A stretch of 64,000 nt of DNA, taken from assembly GCF_964355755.1 (NCBI RefSeq), contig NC_092678.1, positions 2,062,422 to 2,126,421 on the forward strand, written 5' to 3'. Below the pieces are notes generated by a model. It was given only the letters and a program-made list of their open reading frames with translations, did not search any database and was not told the DNA's origin. This DNA comes from Antedon mediterranea (taxonomy: Eukaryota > Animalia > Echinodermata). A program made the position numbers and the translations under genes. Shown one piece after another: positions 24,201 through 39,100 of the stretch (position 1 is its first letter; every line of letters begins with the position of its first letter).

Positions 24201-27109
24201 ATATATGCCATCAATTAAGGTCAGAAGTTTATTTCTGTTAAATATATTCATAACCAAATTTGGACTATATATGAATATAAAATCCATCAAGCGCAAAGCT
24301 TAATAGCATGAAAATACCTTGATCTAAAGACGACTGAACAATTTATTTATTTAACATGGTATAGAGTTTAGTTACAAACAACGAGTCAATAAAAGTGGTG
24401 ATGGTTGGGATATTCATAAATAAACTGGGTGCAGCATAAATCCATTTTGATGAATTTGAAATTAGGGGTCCTCAGACTTAAAAATAGTAAATGAAATGCT
24501 GAAATCTAAATTTAGAGAGAAGGGAACCCAGGCTAGGTGTTTCTCTCCATCTGGATCAACTTGTAGTGGATATATTCCTGTACATTGTATAGATTAGTGG
24601 TCTTGTGCTTAGGATCCAAGGTCCATTATGCAATTGTGTTATTTATCGAAATGGTTTCTTTAACTCAGAAATTTAGGGATAGTATATACTCAATTGTATA
24701 ATTGAATTATTTTAATAGTGCTTCTTAACAATACCTGAAAAATACTTTTATGGCAAAATAAAAGGTAACAGTATGAGAATATCAATGAAAACTGTATATG
24801 GTCATATATTTCATGGAATTGTTATGGGACATTTTAGGACCTAACATTGTATTAGGCTACTACAAAATAGTATATGAGATACAATATATTATCTACAACA
24901 TCATTAACAAGTACAGATTTTGAATGTCATCAGACCAAATAATAAGCATTCGGTCTAAAGCTATGTCTACACTATCAAACTAGTTTGACAAAAAAAAGTG
25001 TAATGTGCCCCAATATGGTAGTGATATGCCCAAATATGGTAGTGATATGACATCATCATGTCTATATATGAGCACATCACATTTTTTTGTCACATAAAGT
25101 TTAAGTATAACTTCCTGTCAAAGAGTAGATTTATTGTCTGTACTAAGTAGTAAATATCCCTTGTTCTTGGTGAGTGGGTTTGGAATTTCCAGCAAATTTT
25201 ACCAACAGTTAAAAATAACAGACAGTAAACATTCAAAGAAGAAACTTGACCTAGGTCAATTCATATAATTGTATGGTATAACAATAACATTTTATACATT
25301 GTATACCGTATTTTCCCCACAAAATTTGTGGATAAAATACGGTATTTACAAATTTATACCGTATTTTTTGTACTCGTTTCTGCTGCCAATAAAAAATACT
25401 GTATTTTTTTTTTACATGACAAAAGGTCAACATTCGTGTTTTTATTTTCTGTCGCTGTCAGCTGCTTTACACACGTGTATAGATATATTCGGTGAAAATG
25501 TGGAGCGAAGACGTCACAGTTTTACTAAATAAATGTGTGTGGGGAAGCTAAAATGTCTGGCCAACTAAAACGTAATAAAAAGGACAACCACATTTATAAA
25601 GACATTTCTAAAAAAATAAAGCAGGAGTATGGAATAGACTTGTCTCCAAAGCAAGTAAACTCAAAGCTGAAGAGCCTGCGAAAGCAGTACAACATTGTAA
25701 AATACAATAACTCGGGGAGGGAACGAATTAATTGTCCCCATTACGATGCTGTGCTCTCACAACATCTCTATCACTAGGGCTAGGCTGTTGAAAGTGAGAC
25801 GTAAAATTTCCTTTATTGCGACTTTTAATTATCGATCAAATAAATGAATGGCAATTTGGGTAAAAAAGATGAAATTTAACACGACCCCCCAAGAAGTATT
25901 GTTAGCAGAAACGGGGTACTAAAAAATACGGTATAAAAAATACCGTATTTTATACCGTATTTTTATACCGTATTTTGAGCAGTTGCAGCAGAAACAGGCC
26001 CACAGATGCCAAAGAAATAACCACAATGAGTAAAATAAATACACGCAGAAAATCACGTGTGCTTATTAATAATAAAGGTCATATCCTTATTTGATGAGGT
26101 AACTTTATAAGGAAACTGTAAATAATTGGATTTACATTTCTGTGGTTTCCACTCATATCCTGGAGTACCAACCTTTAAAAACCACAATAATGAAATTGTG
26201 CTAGGGGATGCTTGTAGCAGACACAAGATCTTGTGTCAGTTGGCAAGAATAGCACATTTAGTCACCAGAAATTGTCCAAACAATAAGAACAACATCTGAA
26301 TTTCTCTATTTAAATTCTCTATATTCTAAATGTATCTATAAACCTTATATATTTATGCAAAAACATTACAACAAGAACAAAGTTCCTACTTACAGGTGGT
26401 GTTGACAAAATGATAAAACTATATAAAATGTCTATATACAATATATTCAATAAAAATATCCAACGTAAGATAAAATAATCCTCCCACCACCTACATGTAT
26501 CAAAACGGGAAACATAACATATTTAAGGAATCAGAACACAGATCAACTTTAGGAAAAGTGGCAACAAAATAATTCAGATAGATTAGAAATAAAGCAATTT
26601 TACTAACATTAACATGACTAAACGGAACATAAAAATCATGGAGACATTGACTAGGAACTTTAACTAAGAATTAGTAAACAAGATTACAGTCAAACGTATT
26701 AAAACATTTATACAAAAGCAACAGGTCAAAATATATTCTGGTATAAAAACCATTCATAGTTTGTTCACCAGTTAGGTAGTTCAAGCTGATGTTACAATAT
26801 TTGGTAACAAAACTGCTCAGGATATAAAAAAAAACCAAAGTTGATGGGTATATGGTGAATAACTTTTAATACAGCGCGAAAACAAAATCTGCAGTTGAAT
26901 AAAAACACCAAAAACATAAATTTAAGTCATAGTCATCTGATAACATCTTTTGATCCATCTTTTATTTTTCACATTTTAAAAAAAATGCAACATTTGCATA
27001 CAAAAGAATAGGAATTCTACCAGGTAATTTGAATTCCTCTTCCACTGATAAAAAAAAGCAGTCATGAAAAAAGATTTTCAAAACAAAGGAAAAATTATTG
27101 GAATGTATG

Positions 27110-27147
<38 letters not shown>

Positions 27148-30100
27148 CAGTATTTATATAGCACCTAATGGATCACTGACCCCTCTAGGTGCTTTACATT
27201 AGACCCTAACTAATGGTAATAAACTATCCCACGCTGGACACCATTCCGGTATTTCTTAGTTGAGGTTTCGGGGATGGAGACAATCAATAATGTGAAAAAA
27301 TGTAACTAAGCTTAACTATGCTTAACTAAGGTAAAACTATCCCCCGCCGGACACCATCCCGGTATAGAAATGGTTTTTTTTGTGTGGTCATTGACAAATA
27401 TTGGTTTTCAAGAACTTATTTTTTTCGTACAACAATTATTTAACTGACCTTGATTTGACATGACCTCTGCTAGGTCATTTATCACCAGGACCTGTAGAAA
27501 ATTAAAATATCCCTTCTGTAAGCTGCGCTTATCCCTATTAGCTTGCATGTCCATTTGGTCAGAAGGCTGAGCCAGTACATTGAATATGGTGGTTACTATG
27601 GGCATAAATACCTCTTGTAGAAACGGTGCAATGACCCTCTGAAAATGAGAAGTGGTAACAATTATTTTTACATCACATTTTTACATTTTGCCATTAGAAG
27701 GATTGGACACAAGAGAAATGTAATACATAAAGTGTGGGTTATAATAAAAAAAATAAAAAAAATTACATAATGGTATCCAATCAATTAAATAAAGCTGTAT
27801 TGTGAGTTCATTATCTATCATCCTCACAAGTTTAGCACATGAGAAATTATATCTTTATGCCAATGAGGTGTCTTTGCATTTAAAGCTGGGCCAATAAGGC
27901 TGCTTAAAAATACTATAAAGTTGAATTTATTACTGTTAAAGAAGAGAAGGTTAGCATAAATAAAACTATCAATTTTTTTTACAGGTTGCATTTAATTCTG
28001 AACGTGAACCTAGCTAATATACAAGAGACAGAAAAGTGAAAGTAACAAATTACTTCCATAATGATAAACAAATAGGGTTACGTAATGTATGTGCGACGTT
28101 TGCCTTTAAAGACTATTTATTTAACAAACTAATAGAAGGTAATGTGTTTACACAAATTGTTATAAAATGAAACAAAAGTTTAAACAAAAAATTACTTGTT
28201 CTAACAATGAAATGTTTTTAACTATGGAAACGAAAGCATTTGCGATAGCACAGCTTGCGAAATTGTTGAAGAGAACTTTATTAACAAAGCAGCAGGTGTA
28301 ATAAAAATTACAAAAATGTACCTTAAATTTTGAAATGAGTTGATTAATCAGAGGTATAAATTCCTGAATATCCCGCGCTTCACATTGTTTCAATAAATGT
28401 TGCACCGCAATCGGTATGTAAGGTAGCACGCTCTCTCCAAGACAAACAATCATTCGGTGTAGGTATTGTCTAACTGCTGAATGTAACACCTGATGCTGAT
28501 GGGGAGTGTTTAACGCCTGAAGAAAGATTTCCAATGCCTCGGTGTAGCAGCCTTCACAACCATGTTGCTTCATTGTAGCTTGTGTGTGAAAGGCTTTCGA
28601 GCTGCGGCTACAATAAATAAAATAAAATTACGATTTAAGTCCTAATGGAGAGGAGTTGCATCTTGGTGGTTAAGATACTCATCTACCGCCCAATTTCAGG
28701 ATCCTGGGTTCAAATCCTGTCAGATGTTATATTTTTTCTAATGACAAAAAAACAACTTCATTCTCAAAGACTGGTGATTAGACTGTAATAATAATAATAA
28801 CAACTTTATTTAAAAACGGATGCAACACTTGAATCACCATATTGGTGTTTTTCACAAGGCCGTTACTTACTACAAAACTATTTATGTAGAGCATCTTGTG
28901 CATATGTTGTATGAATAGGGTTGTCACTTTTGAGGTAAATCACCACCTATCCTAGGCAATACAACTCAATTGAGAATAAAAAAAGAAACACCTGAACATT
29001 CTATGTACTCCACACCCACTAGAACAGTCATAGCTACAATAACAGGACAAACAAAACACACCTCTTACCTTGCAAGAGAAATTGCGTAACTAATAACTTC
29101 AGCATACTTTTCTTGAACGTTCGGGTCTTTTTCACAACACAGTTTCTCAAATGTTGTTGTAAATTTTTCAATTGTTGGGGCCAGCAGACTTTTCATAAGT
29201 AAAAGTTTTTCCTAATCAGAATAAAATGGTTTATGTTAAAAAACAGCTCTTTGTCTTTAAATTGTTAGTGATCTTGACAACAAGACATCTAAGCAGTTTT
29301 TCCAAAGATTTTCTTTGCTGTTTAAAGGCCAATTTACACGATGACGAGCAGTAACGGTAAGCCTAAGCGGAAAACAAATTTATAATTAAAATATATGTTA
29401 TTTCTTATGACCGGATAGGATAGGATCTATTTAGGATAGATTCTACGTGAGATAAACATGGGCCATAACTGTTCGTTTGTGTAAAATGGACTTTTGGAAA
29501 ATATCCTGATACGCTTAAAAAAAAATTGTTTTTTCTGGTCTCATTACCTCAGGTTTCATATTGCTCATTATAATCACAATTCCAGCTGCCTCGTAAATAA
29601 ACAATTTGTCATCGTTTGTCAACATCATATGAGTTCCGTTTGAATTTTCAATTTGTAACAAGTCCTGTAAACGTTGCAGTATTACCTCCGTATACGGTTG
29701 TAAATTCACCCGCAATGTTTTGACAAAACGTAGAAATAAATAAGAACAGCGACTTCGTACAGTCGGGTGTTTATGCCGTAAACCACGGTTGTCTAGAAAC
29801 GCAACTAACACCTTTGGAATGTGTTCTTGCTGCAGAAGGAAATACTTCTCATAGCGTGCTACAGTTTCCATATACTGAAAATTAAGCAAATGATTTTCTT
29901 ATTTTATATAACATATTCTGAGATTTCAATAATTATTATTTCTTATATAATACTAAGGTTGAATTATGTGTTGATGATTGAACTCAGATAAAGACCTAAG
30001 GGTGCAGAGTTTAAAATAAAAATGTTTAAGTTATTCTTAGAGGGCAATATAGACAAGGTATGGTAACAAAAGAAGAACTTAAGATTTAACCAATTTTAGA

Positions 30101-33100
30101 ATGTTTACCATGATCTCAGTAAAATCTTCCAATAATTTATTATTGATTATTCTAATGAGGCTTTAAAAGGAAATTAACTCTACTTGGAATTTTTGTCTTG
30201 AATGATCTAAATAAAGATATAATTCTCTATACAGTATCAGATAAAGATCAGATATGAAACAGAAAATTGATTTATATGAGACATATACAGAAACAGAAAC
30301 CGATGACATAAACAAACGAAGCAATGTTTCACTTGTATTATGACAATGCTCATTATGCATTTTATGAATAACACATCCTACAGAGTACAGAGAAAGCTTT
30401 GTGAAAATCTTATTATTCAATACAATAATCTACTATATTAGAGAACAAAAAATCTCTATCCATACATAATTGTGATTATTTTAATCTTAATTTTATCAAT
30501 AGTCAATCTATTCATTCATTAAATAAAGAAGGCAGCAATTCATTAACAGTATTTTGAACTATACAATTACATTTATAATGAAATACAAAGCATTCTTTAT
30601 TATTGAAAATTGGGGATTTTCATGTTCACAACAGAAATTCTAAGATTATTTCAAACAACACTATGCTTATTTTTTCAATTGAAAAATTACTGATGTGTTT
30701 AAGTTTATAAAAACAATTAATTTCCGACATTTCAATGCAATTTGCAGAATAAATCGATTTGTAGAAAAGCCAAATCTAAAATTAGTCATTATCAGCTGTC
30801 AATATTTCATTTTAAAGTGTAAAAACAAAACCATAAAGTAACTATAAAAGTTTGCAGGAGACATTAAAATGACAATTTCAATATTACCACAAATCAATAC
30901 TCTACACATCTATGTTACAATACAAGAATATGGAACACTAGATAAAATTAAGTGTGCACGTTTGGTACCAGTACAAATACGTACTCAATCAATTATGCAG
31001 AATTATTATAATTGAAAACGGAAATTTAATCAGTTGGTTTCACCATCTATTTTTGAAAACATTGAGTGATTTAAATTACATTCGTTTGCGTCACAGGACA
31101 TCTTTTTTTTACATCTGTGATGCATGCTGATGTCACTATTATGTATCGGTTACAAATGGATTTTCCATTATCAATTCAATGTTGAAATTCAACATTTTGT
31201 GTTGGAGTTTCCTATGGCATAAAATTAAAACAATGTATCCCATAGTCTAGACTACTGGGTTACAATTACATATTACTTCCAAGTGTCACTTCACGAACAA
31301 TACTGTTTACGACACTGGGGAAATGATGTTTGTTTTCTATTAGCTTTGGGACTTACTGTTTTTAAACAGGCCATTGACAACAACTTAAAAGTTGTTGTCA
31401 ATGGCCTAACATTCATATGCAAGGATTATGTAATAACATTTGTTTGGGTTGTTACACATGCTACAACAAATGTGTAGTGATATGAGGGAAAGGGAGGCAC
31501 CTTCAATCTAGCGTATCTGATTGGCTGGTTGTTGTAGCTATATTGGTTGTCACATAAAGTTTGATAGTGTAGACAGAGCTTAAGGACAACAAGGCCAACA
31601 GCCATAAGTCCAATAAATAAATAGAAAAAAATGTCACTGTATTTCTAAGTATCAAAATATTTCAATAATTTACCTGCAAACCAACTATCCAATGAGGATG
31701 AGAAACGACGTCACATGTTATTAGCTAAAATAAAAGAATGCAAAAACAAATAAGAAATAACCTGGCTAGTGGGTAAATATGATTTATAACAGGAGATTCT
31801 TGTAATTTGATTAGAGGATTGTCTGACACATGATATAAAATAAATGTTCTATTGCACTCTTAATTAGAGTGCGATGTCGTTATATGGGAGTACAGCAATT
31901 TTGTTTTGCAAGCACATGTACAACAGAGGCTGTTGTTAACTTTCGATCAACCTGTAGCGTGAGCTGCCTATAATTTTCTACTCTGCTGCATTTTCAAATG
32001 GTTTAGTCTTGGATTAGTCTCTCGTTAAAAGAAGGTGTGTTATTAAACAAATAATGAATGAATTTTTGTTCACGCAATTGAACAATTATTGTGCATTCGG
32101 GGAAAGATGATAATCAAAATTATTTGTATGGTCATTACACTCATAAACATTCATTCACTATTATTAGAATCAATATATCTATATCTTGTTTCCATGAATG
32201 ATAAAAAGCAGCATATTATGAGAATTTCTGAGAAATATAAGATTAAAACAACAAAAAGAAAGAGAAATATGGAAAAACCAGAATTAACTAGACATGAAAC
32301 TCGTCACTTTGACGAGTTAGTTATCCGCACGAGAAACGCCATCGTGCACGTCATACGTTGGAATATTGCACACAGAAAAAGATTATGGCATTATGACCTG
32401 AACTGAAGAATATGAAATGCTGTTATTGCTGAATTCTGTTATTTTGTGTTATATAGTATACACAGTATAATCTGTATACATATTACATACAGTGTAGAAT
32501 AGGTGAAATTACGAGACTCGCTATTTCGGAAGGAAATTATTATTGATGCGCGCTCTTTTAAATGTAGTGAACTATGACACAAAAGATGAAAATACGACTT
32601 TTTAAAATCAAGTGGCCATATGATGACGTCACAACATCCGATTGGCAATATGTTCACATGAATTCGTATCTACAATCCAATAGCTTCCAGAAAGCGTTTT
32701 AATCGTGATTATCACATTTTATTCTTACGAGCTATTACAGATTAAAATTTACTGTAAAGATGAAATTAATGACCCACGTAATTAAAATTTTTAGGCATGA
32801 TGACGTCATAAAAATTAAAATATTTTTAACTCATGCGAAAGATAGTTGATTGACCTAGACAATATAAAAATCGGGGTGAAAATGGAAAACGGATAAGCGT
32901 GATGCGCTCCATTGAATGTGATGGGCAATAACGAAAGAGACAAAAATCCTATATTTTACATTCGTGTGGCCATACGATTACGTCACAATGTTTTTTTAGC
33001 CTTATCGATGCATGATCCGATATCTACAACTCATCAACTTCTAGATTTTGTAATAAAAATAAACGGTTCACGGTTTACTTTAGAAACTATGACTGTTTAA

Positions 33101-36100
33101 AAAAAGACATTATTTTGATGATTTTTTAAACTTTTTCATAAAAAACGCGCACGAATTGTCTAATTCAACGTGTTCGTATGGCGTTATTTAAACTGGAAAA
33201 GGTCTAAATTGTTTTCAAAATTACCAGAAAAGGCTTGAAAAATATAATTCAAGAGAAAAAAATATGTTTTTCATACTCCGTGCGCACCATACGCGTAAAA
33301 TTTTTTGCACGCGCAGGAATTTTTGACATACTGCATATATACATACTGCTTAGATAAAGTGATCAATTATTAAAAACAGTTTTTATTATATAAATGTTTC
33401 TTATTTTTTCAATCTTGTCTTACCTTTTCCATCATGCTCTTCATGGCCGCGACTCGTTGTCCTTCCCCCGAAAAATGATTGCCACTGTTTGCAGGGATAG
33501 CTTCTCCCATCATGAATAGAATCCGAATAGATAACTCAACTTGTGTAAAATTTACTGTCTTCCAGGAACTGAAAAATGAGAAGTTTAAGAAGAAGCATTT
33601 TAAAAAGCATGGCAATGAAGAAGAATGTGCCATGGAAAGAAGGGAATGGTGTATTATCTCTAGTGAGCGGCCAAGGGGACAGTTAGTTCTGAGGATTCAA
33701 GTCAAGAGAGTACAGTAAGAGGATGACCCAAAGATGAAAGACAGCAAAAAGAAAAGTTTTTTAAAAAGTGTATAGCATGGTATAAACTTATACACCAGCA
33801 GTGAAGTCAACTGATACTATGTATTCATCAATAATGGCCATGTGTCTTCGGAATAAGACAACTAACAGGAACAGTAACATAAGAACAAAGGAAAATGAAA
33901 CTGATTGGCAAGATAAGAATAAGTGAAGATATGGTATAATGGAATGGAACAACTGGACAGAAAAAGAAAAAAACGGATGAAAAAAATATAACTGATGGTA
34001 GGTAGAGAAATTGAATGGAACAAAACAACAACATTCTTCTTTATTAATATTAGACTGTTTATAATAATTAATAACAATAGGCCTACAAGTAATTATAAAT
34101 TAGGGAATGTTGTAGATTTTAAGATGTGTTTACTGAGATGAATGTTATTACAGTACTTTGATTATTCAGTTTGACCCTATGAAATGGGAAACATTGACTT
34201 TAATAATAGATGGAACTTGTTGACCAATTAAGACTAACCTTAATGTTGTAGTAACATATTGATGCACGGCAGAAAACACAAGTTGTTGATCCAGCTGGGC
34301 TAGATTATCAAAGATCACCTTAATCTGCTTACGATAATCCTGAAACATGGCTTCGTCCTCACCTTGCGAATCAAAATCGTATGATTCGTCAAATTCAAAC
34401 TTCTTTAAAATTATATAAAGCATTTGTTTTAGAAACTCCTTCTGAGCAGCATTTGTGTGGATAATCTGAAAATACAAATAATAACAAATATCAATCCAAA
34501 GGCAAGTTACTGAAAAAATGACAATGCTGTATCAGTGACTGGATCTCAATATATAAATGTAGTAGGCCTAGTTACAGTTTATTTAAATGTTGTGTTAAAT
34601 GTTAATGAATAATTAAAAATGTATAACACATACTGCCAATTCATTGGTTAATTTTGTATCACATGCTGTTCAATATTAGTTCTACCACATAATAAAAGTT
34701 CTTTCATTTCTATGGAAATAGTGTTTTCACAAATAAATTATTGTACGGAAAATAAATTATAAAAATATGATTTTCATTCTAACCTGTTTTAAAACTGTTA
34801 TGTAATCTTTAGCAAAGTCTGCCACAGCCAATGAGATGTCATCATCTTCGTGACCGAGAAACTGGAACATTAACGGTATCTTTGATTCTACTGCCGACAG
34901 GGTTCGAGCGGCACTTATATGATCTTTAATCTTCACTTGTCTGAAAATTAAATAAATTGTTTAATATTAATAACAATTTTAATGTTTATTGAGAAAATCA
35001 TAATAATTTATTTGGTGAATTGGAATATATTATGTGGAATTACAAAGAACTACAGTAGATATACTATCTTAACAATTAGTGGTTTTAAAGCTGGGTTTCC
35101 AATCTATTCGTGTCAATCAAAAGTGTACTAATATTTTCACCTGCTGATTTCACCTGTGAGGTAAAAATGCGCAACCAATCAGAACTCAGGAATGTTTGAT
35201 TCACGTCAGTGGCGGATCTAGGATCTGACGAGGGGGGGTGGCCACGAAAGTGGCAAACGAGGTGCGTAGCACCAAGCGGGGGAGGGTTTGGGAGGGGGTG
35301 TCCCCTCCCGAGGCTCCGAAAATTTTTGAAAAAATAGATGCTTACACACTGTTTAATAGGCTAGAGAAACTGTTTCCATCACACTTAATAACAAATATTA
35401 CATAATGTAAATTTAAATACATCCTTCCTAAATACTGTACGGATCTTTTTCGACGAACTAATAATAAACTTTGATCGAAAAACCTTCAAACAAAATGAAC
35501 ATTTGGTAATGCGGTACTCCGAAAATGCCTCGATAGAGTGCATGTGTTGTGTACCGTGTTTTGGTGGTCTGTTAACCTCAGAGATATACTACCCTACAGC
35601 CGGGTGAATAACTCAATGTAATTTGGTATACAATGATCGCAGTAATCGCCGTGTCTATAACACAAATCAAAAAACGCCAAATACGCCACATACTTTTTTC
35701 GGCCGTCCCGTGAACATACAAGACATTTCATGTTTATTTTATGCCTATAAAATAATAAAAGAACACCATGTTTCTCGTTTATTTTTATCGTTTATACTGC
35801 ATACCATAATATTATACAAAAAACTTTCATGCGCGAGAAAAAAGTTCCCCATATTACACTCCACTCAGGGGTGTAAATATACCACGCTAACGCTTGTGCA
35901 CACACGGACCAGGGCGGCGGAAATTAACTGCAATGGAAAATGGTGTATTTTGGAGAGTGATGACGTCAGCATTCACACGAGGAGCGAGCTTGACAACTGG
36001 TAGTTTTAGGAGTGCGTGTGTTTTGAAAATGGGTATTTTCCGAAGATTGTAAATCGTGTTTTCTTTTTAAACTCTTGAATTCATAATAGTAATTGAACTC

Positions 36101-39100
36101 TTAGCTCTTTCACTGTGTAGGCCTATTTACACACAACTATTAATGCTAACCCTAGCTCGCGATTAGGTTGCATCTTTTTTTTTTTTTTTTGAGAATTAAG
36201 GGGGTGGTCACCCTATTCTTCACCCCCCCCCCCCCCCGCCCTAGATCCGCCACTGCACGTTAATATATTTGCTAATGGAAAACAGAGTATATTTTTTCAA
36301 CAAACACTCTTGGATGGGCTGGTGCCGAAATGTTAAAATTATATACACAAAAAACAAAGTAGATATATGTGGTTTGGTTGTTGTGTCTGTAAACCTAATC
36401 CTACTGGATTAAACAAAGTTTGCAGACACTCCAGCCAGAAAACAAAATGACATTTTGGGGATACTTCTAGAGCTAGCCCCTATATTAATAACACACATAC
36501 TTTTGCCAACTGATTATGAGATTACAACCCATTCCGTTTACAAGTCGAGCAAGTTTTGCTAGAAAATCAACATCTTCATCCTGTTTTAAAAATACAAAAA
36601 CAATATATTTTTTTAAGAATATGGATTTGTATAAAGACTAAGTAAAATACAGTCTTAGGTGCTACTCTCATTGAAATAGAAACTGGGACAAGTATATATG
36701 GAGGGGGGGGGGGGGGGGGGGGGTTGGTGGAAAGGTCAGTGTTTGACCTATATCAATGCAATTATGTACACCAGTAATTTAAATCTGCCAGACTTGATGG
36801 TGATACATTACACCATAAACTAACAACAAATAAAGAATAGTTGACAAACATTTGTGAGAGGGCTTTGCCCAGCAGTGGACGTCACGATATGGGCTGAAGA
36901 AAGAAAGATCTAATTTCAATCTAAGTAGATTTACCGATAATTAATCTACATAGTAGAATCTAATGTTGAATGGCTTAAAATTTGAAAGTGTTCAGCATAA
37001 TGTTGCAATGTATATTTGATGTTAACGGAAATACAATTTGACAATTCACTGGTAAGTACGTGAATTGTGTAAGTAAGACAGCCTGCTACTAATTCTATAG
37101 ACTTAAATTGTGCAATATCTAAATCTGTTTTTGAAAAAAAAAAAAAATATTTACAGTAAAAATAACACATGATAGCCATAAGCTTAAAAAACACTTGGTA
37201 TTAATGATTATTTTCCCATATTTCGCAATGAGCAATAGTCACGCTATCATTTGAGTGCCAATAACAAGTTGTTTTTTTCTGATAAAGTTTGATATTAACT
37301 AAAAATATGGCAAATTTCCCAATTTTGTATGAAACGGAAAAGGAGCAAAAAACATGATATTAGTACAAAGTCAAATAGTTTGTAGCACTACTAGATATTT
37401 GTATTGTGCCGCATGAACTGCCACAATCATAATACTCGGTGAAGCATATAGTATTTTACTGTAGCCAGGAAATTTGGGAAAGGCTGCATATTCAAATGTG
37501 TCCAACTTGGAAAAGATAAATATCGGGAGAAAGCATAGCCAAACAAGAGAGGGTGCTATAAACATTTTTAAAAAATACATAAAACATTAGAGGTTGCTAG
37601 GCACTCTCCAGACCTTTAGTTACAAACTAGGACATAACAGTGAAATCAAAATAATATTAACATCGGCATGTTTTTCTATAGAAAAAACAATCAGGAAAAA
37701 CTGTTCCTTAATCGGAAAAATATTGGGAACCTCCATTGATTATCAGGATACTAGTTACTAGGGAAATCTTGGGTTTTAATAAACTAACAATCAAAATGCA
37801 AACCCAATAGTGTCTTTAAATGGATAACAGTTATACTTACTTGTTTTGGTGGGATAACTCCGATTTCCTCAAGTACTTTCATTAACGATTCAATCAGTTC
37901 AGTTTTCATAATCGGGTCCATCCCTTTATTGATAATATCATGAAGACAATCGCATGCAGATTCACGTAAAACATCAATTCCCAAATAGTTCAATAATTTG
38001 CTGACAAAACGATCATTTGCAATTAGACCAATATCAATCCACGACACGTAAAGTCCTATGACCTCAATACAATCACAGGCTAATTCGGGGTGCGTGCTCT
38101 CGTAGGTTTCAAGAATCTGGTACCAGGATTCTACGAGGTCATTCACACAGCGTACACGCATCTCGTCCTTAAGAAGTGTATTCCTTTGCGCTTCCTATTA
38201 AAAAAAAAAAATTTAGTACCAAAGATTAATTACTACAATCAATGAATAAAGATTTAATGTAAAGAAATATTATTATTTTTAGGCACTTAGGAAGTCTACA
38301 AAAGGAATGTCATCAGGCTGAGACATCAGCGATTTGTTGCTTTGCCAGTTAAACATTTTGAATAAATAATTACAACGAAAATTAAATCAAAGTAATGTAA
38401 TTGAAATTTGATGATGAAATTTTCCACAAATTAGATAACATCTATTAAATTATCTGTTTATTCTACAGGGTGTAAAGCATTAACGAACAACAAGTACAGA
38501 AAAGACAATCATTAAAATATTAATAGAATTAATGCACAATATATTTAATCAAGGCAATCTAACAATATGATGCTGAGCTCAGGATATCAAAGGGTTTATT
38601 TGTGGCTGCGACACGATCAGTTCCACGTCTCTTAAAAGATACCACACGCCACAGAGAATATGTACATAGTACAGTACTGTTGGTATTTTTCGCAGCCAGA
38701 CATAAAATCAAGGCTGTTACGAGTTCCTGTGTGATTCACCTGTTAGATTGCCTTGAGGGTGCTCTTGATCATAGCACATATGTATGTAACAAACTAATTT
38801 ACATATAAAAAAATGTAGGTAAAAAACTGTAAAAATACTCTTAATATCATCCCATTGCATGGCATAATAACAACACATTATGGAGTTTAATTGTAACTTT
38901 CTATTACCTCTGGTGTGTGCACAATTTCACGGTCCACCACTTCGGAATCAATGGCTAGTAAAATGCGTAGATACATATCTACCGATTTGTGGCCCAACTG
39001 CAACACTTGTAACAGAGTGGAGAAGAACGTGGGCCATCCAGCGGGAAAGTCGTAGATAAACACTAAAGAAAAAAGCTGGGCTACTTTGTTCTTGATAAAA

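Noticed and set aside
28650-28725. Possible tRNA gene inside the tRNA-exportin gene
   Set aside because: A/B boxes are present but there is no coherent acceptor or anticodon stem, so it is better explained as a SINE head.
24959-31580. Single 6.6-kb element formed by the MITE left part at 24959 and the right end at about 31550
   Set aside because: Four XPOT coding exons lie between them, so these are more plausibly independent truncated copies.
36701-36724. Long poly-G run as a functional G-quadruplex
   Set aside because: Simple intronic homopolymer of unreliable length with no supporting context.
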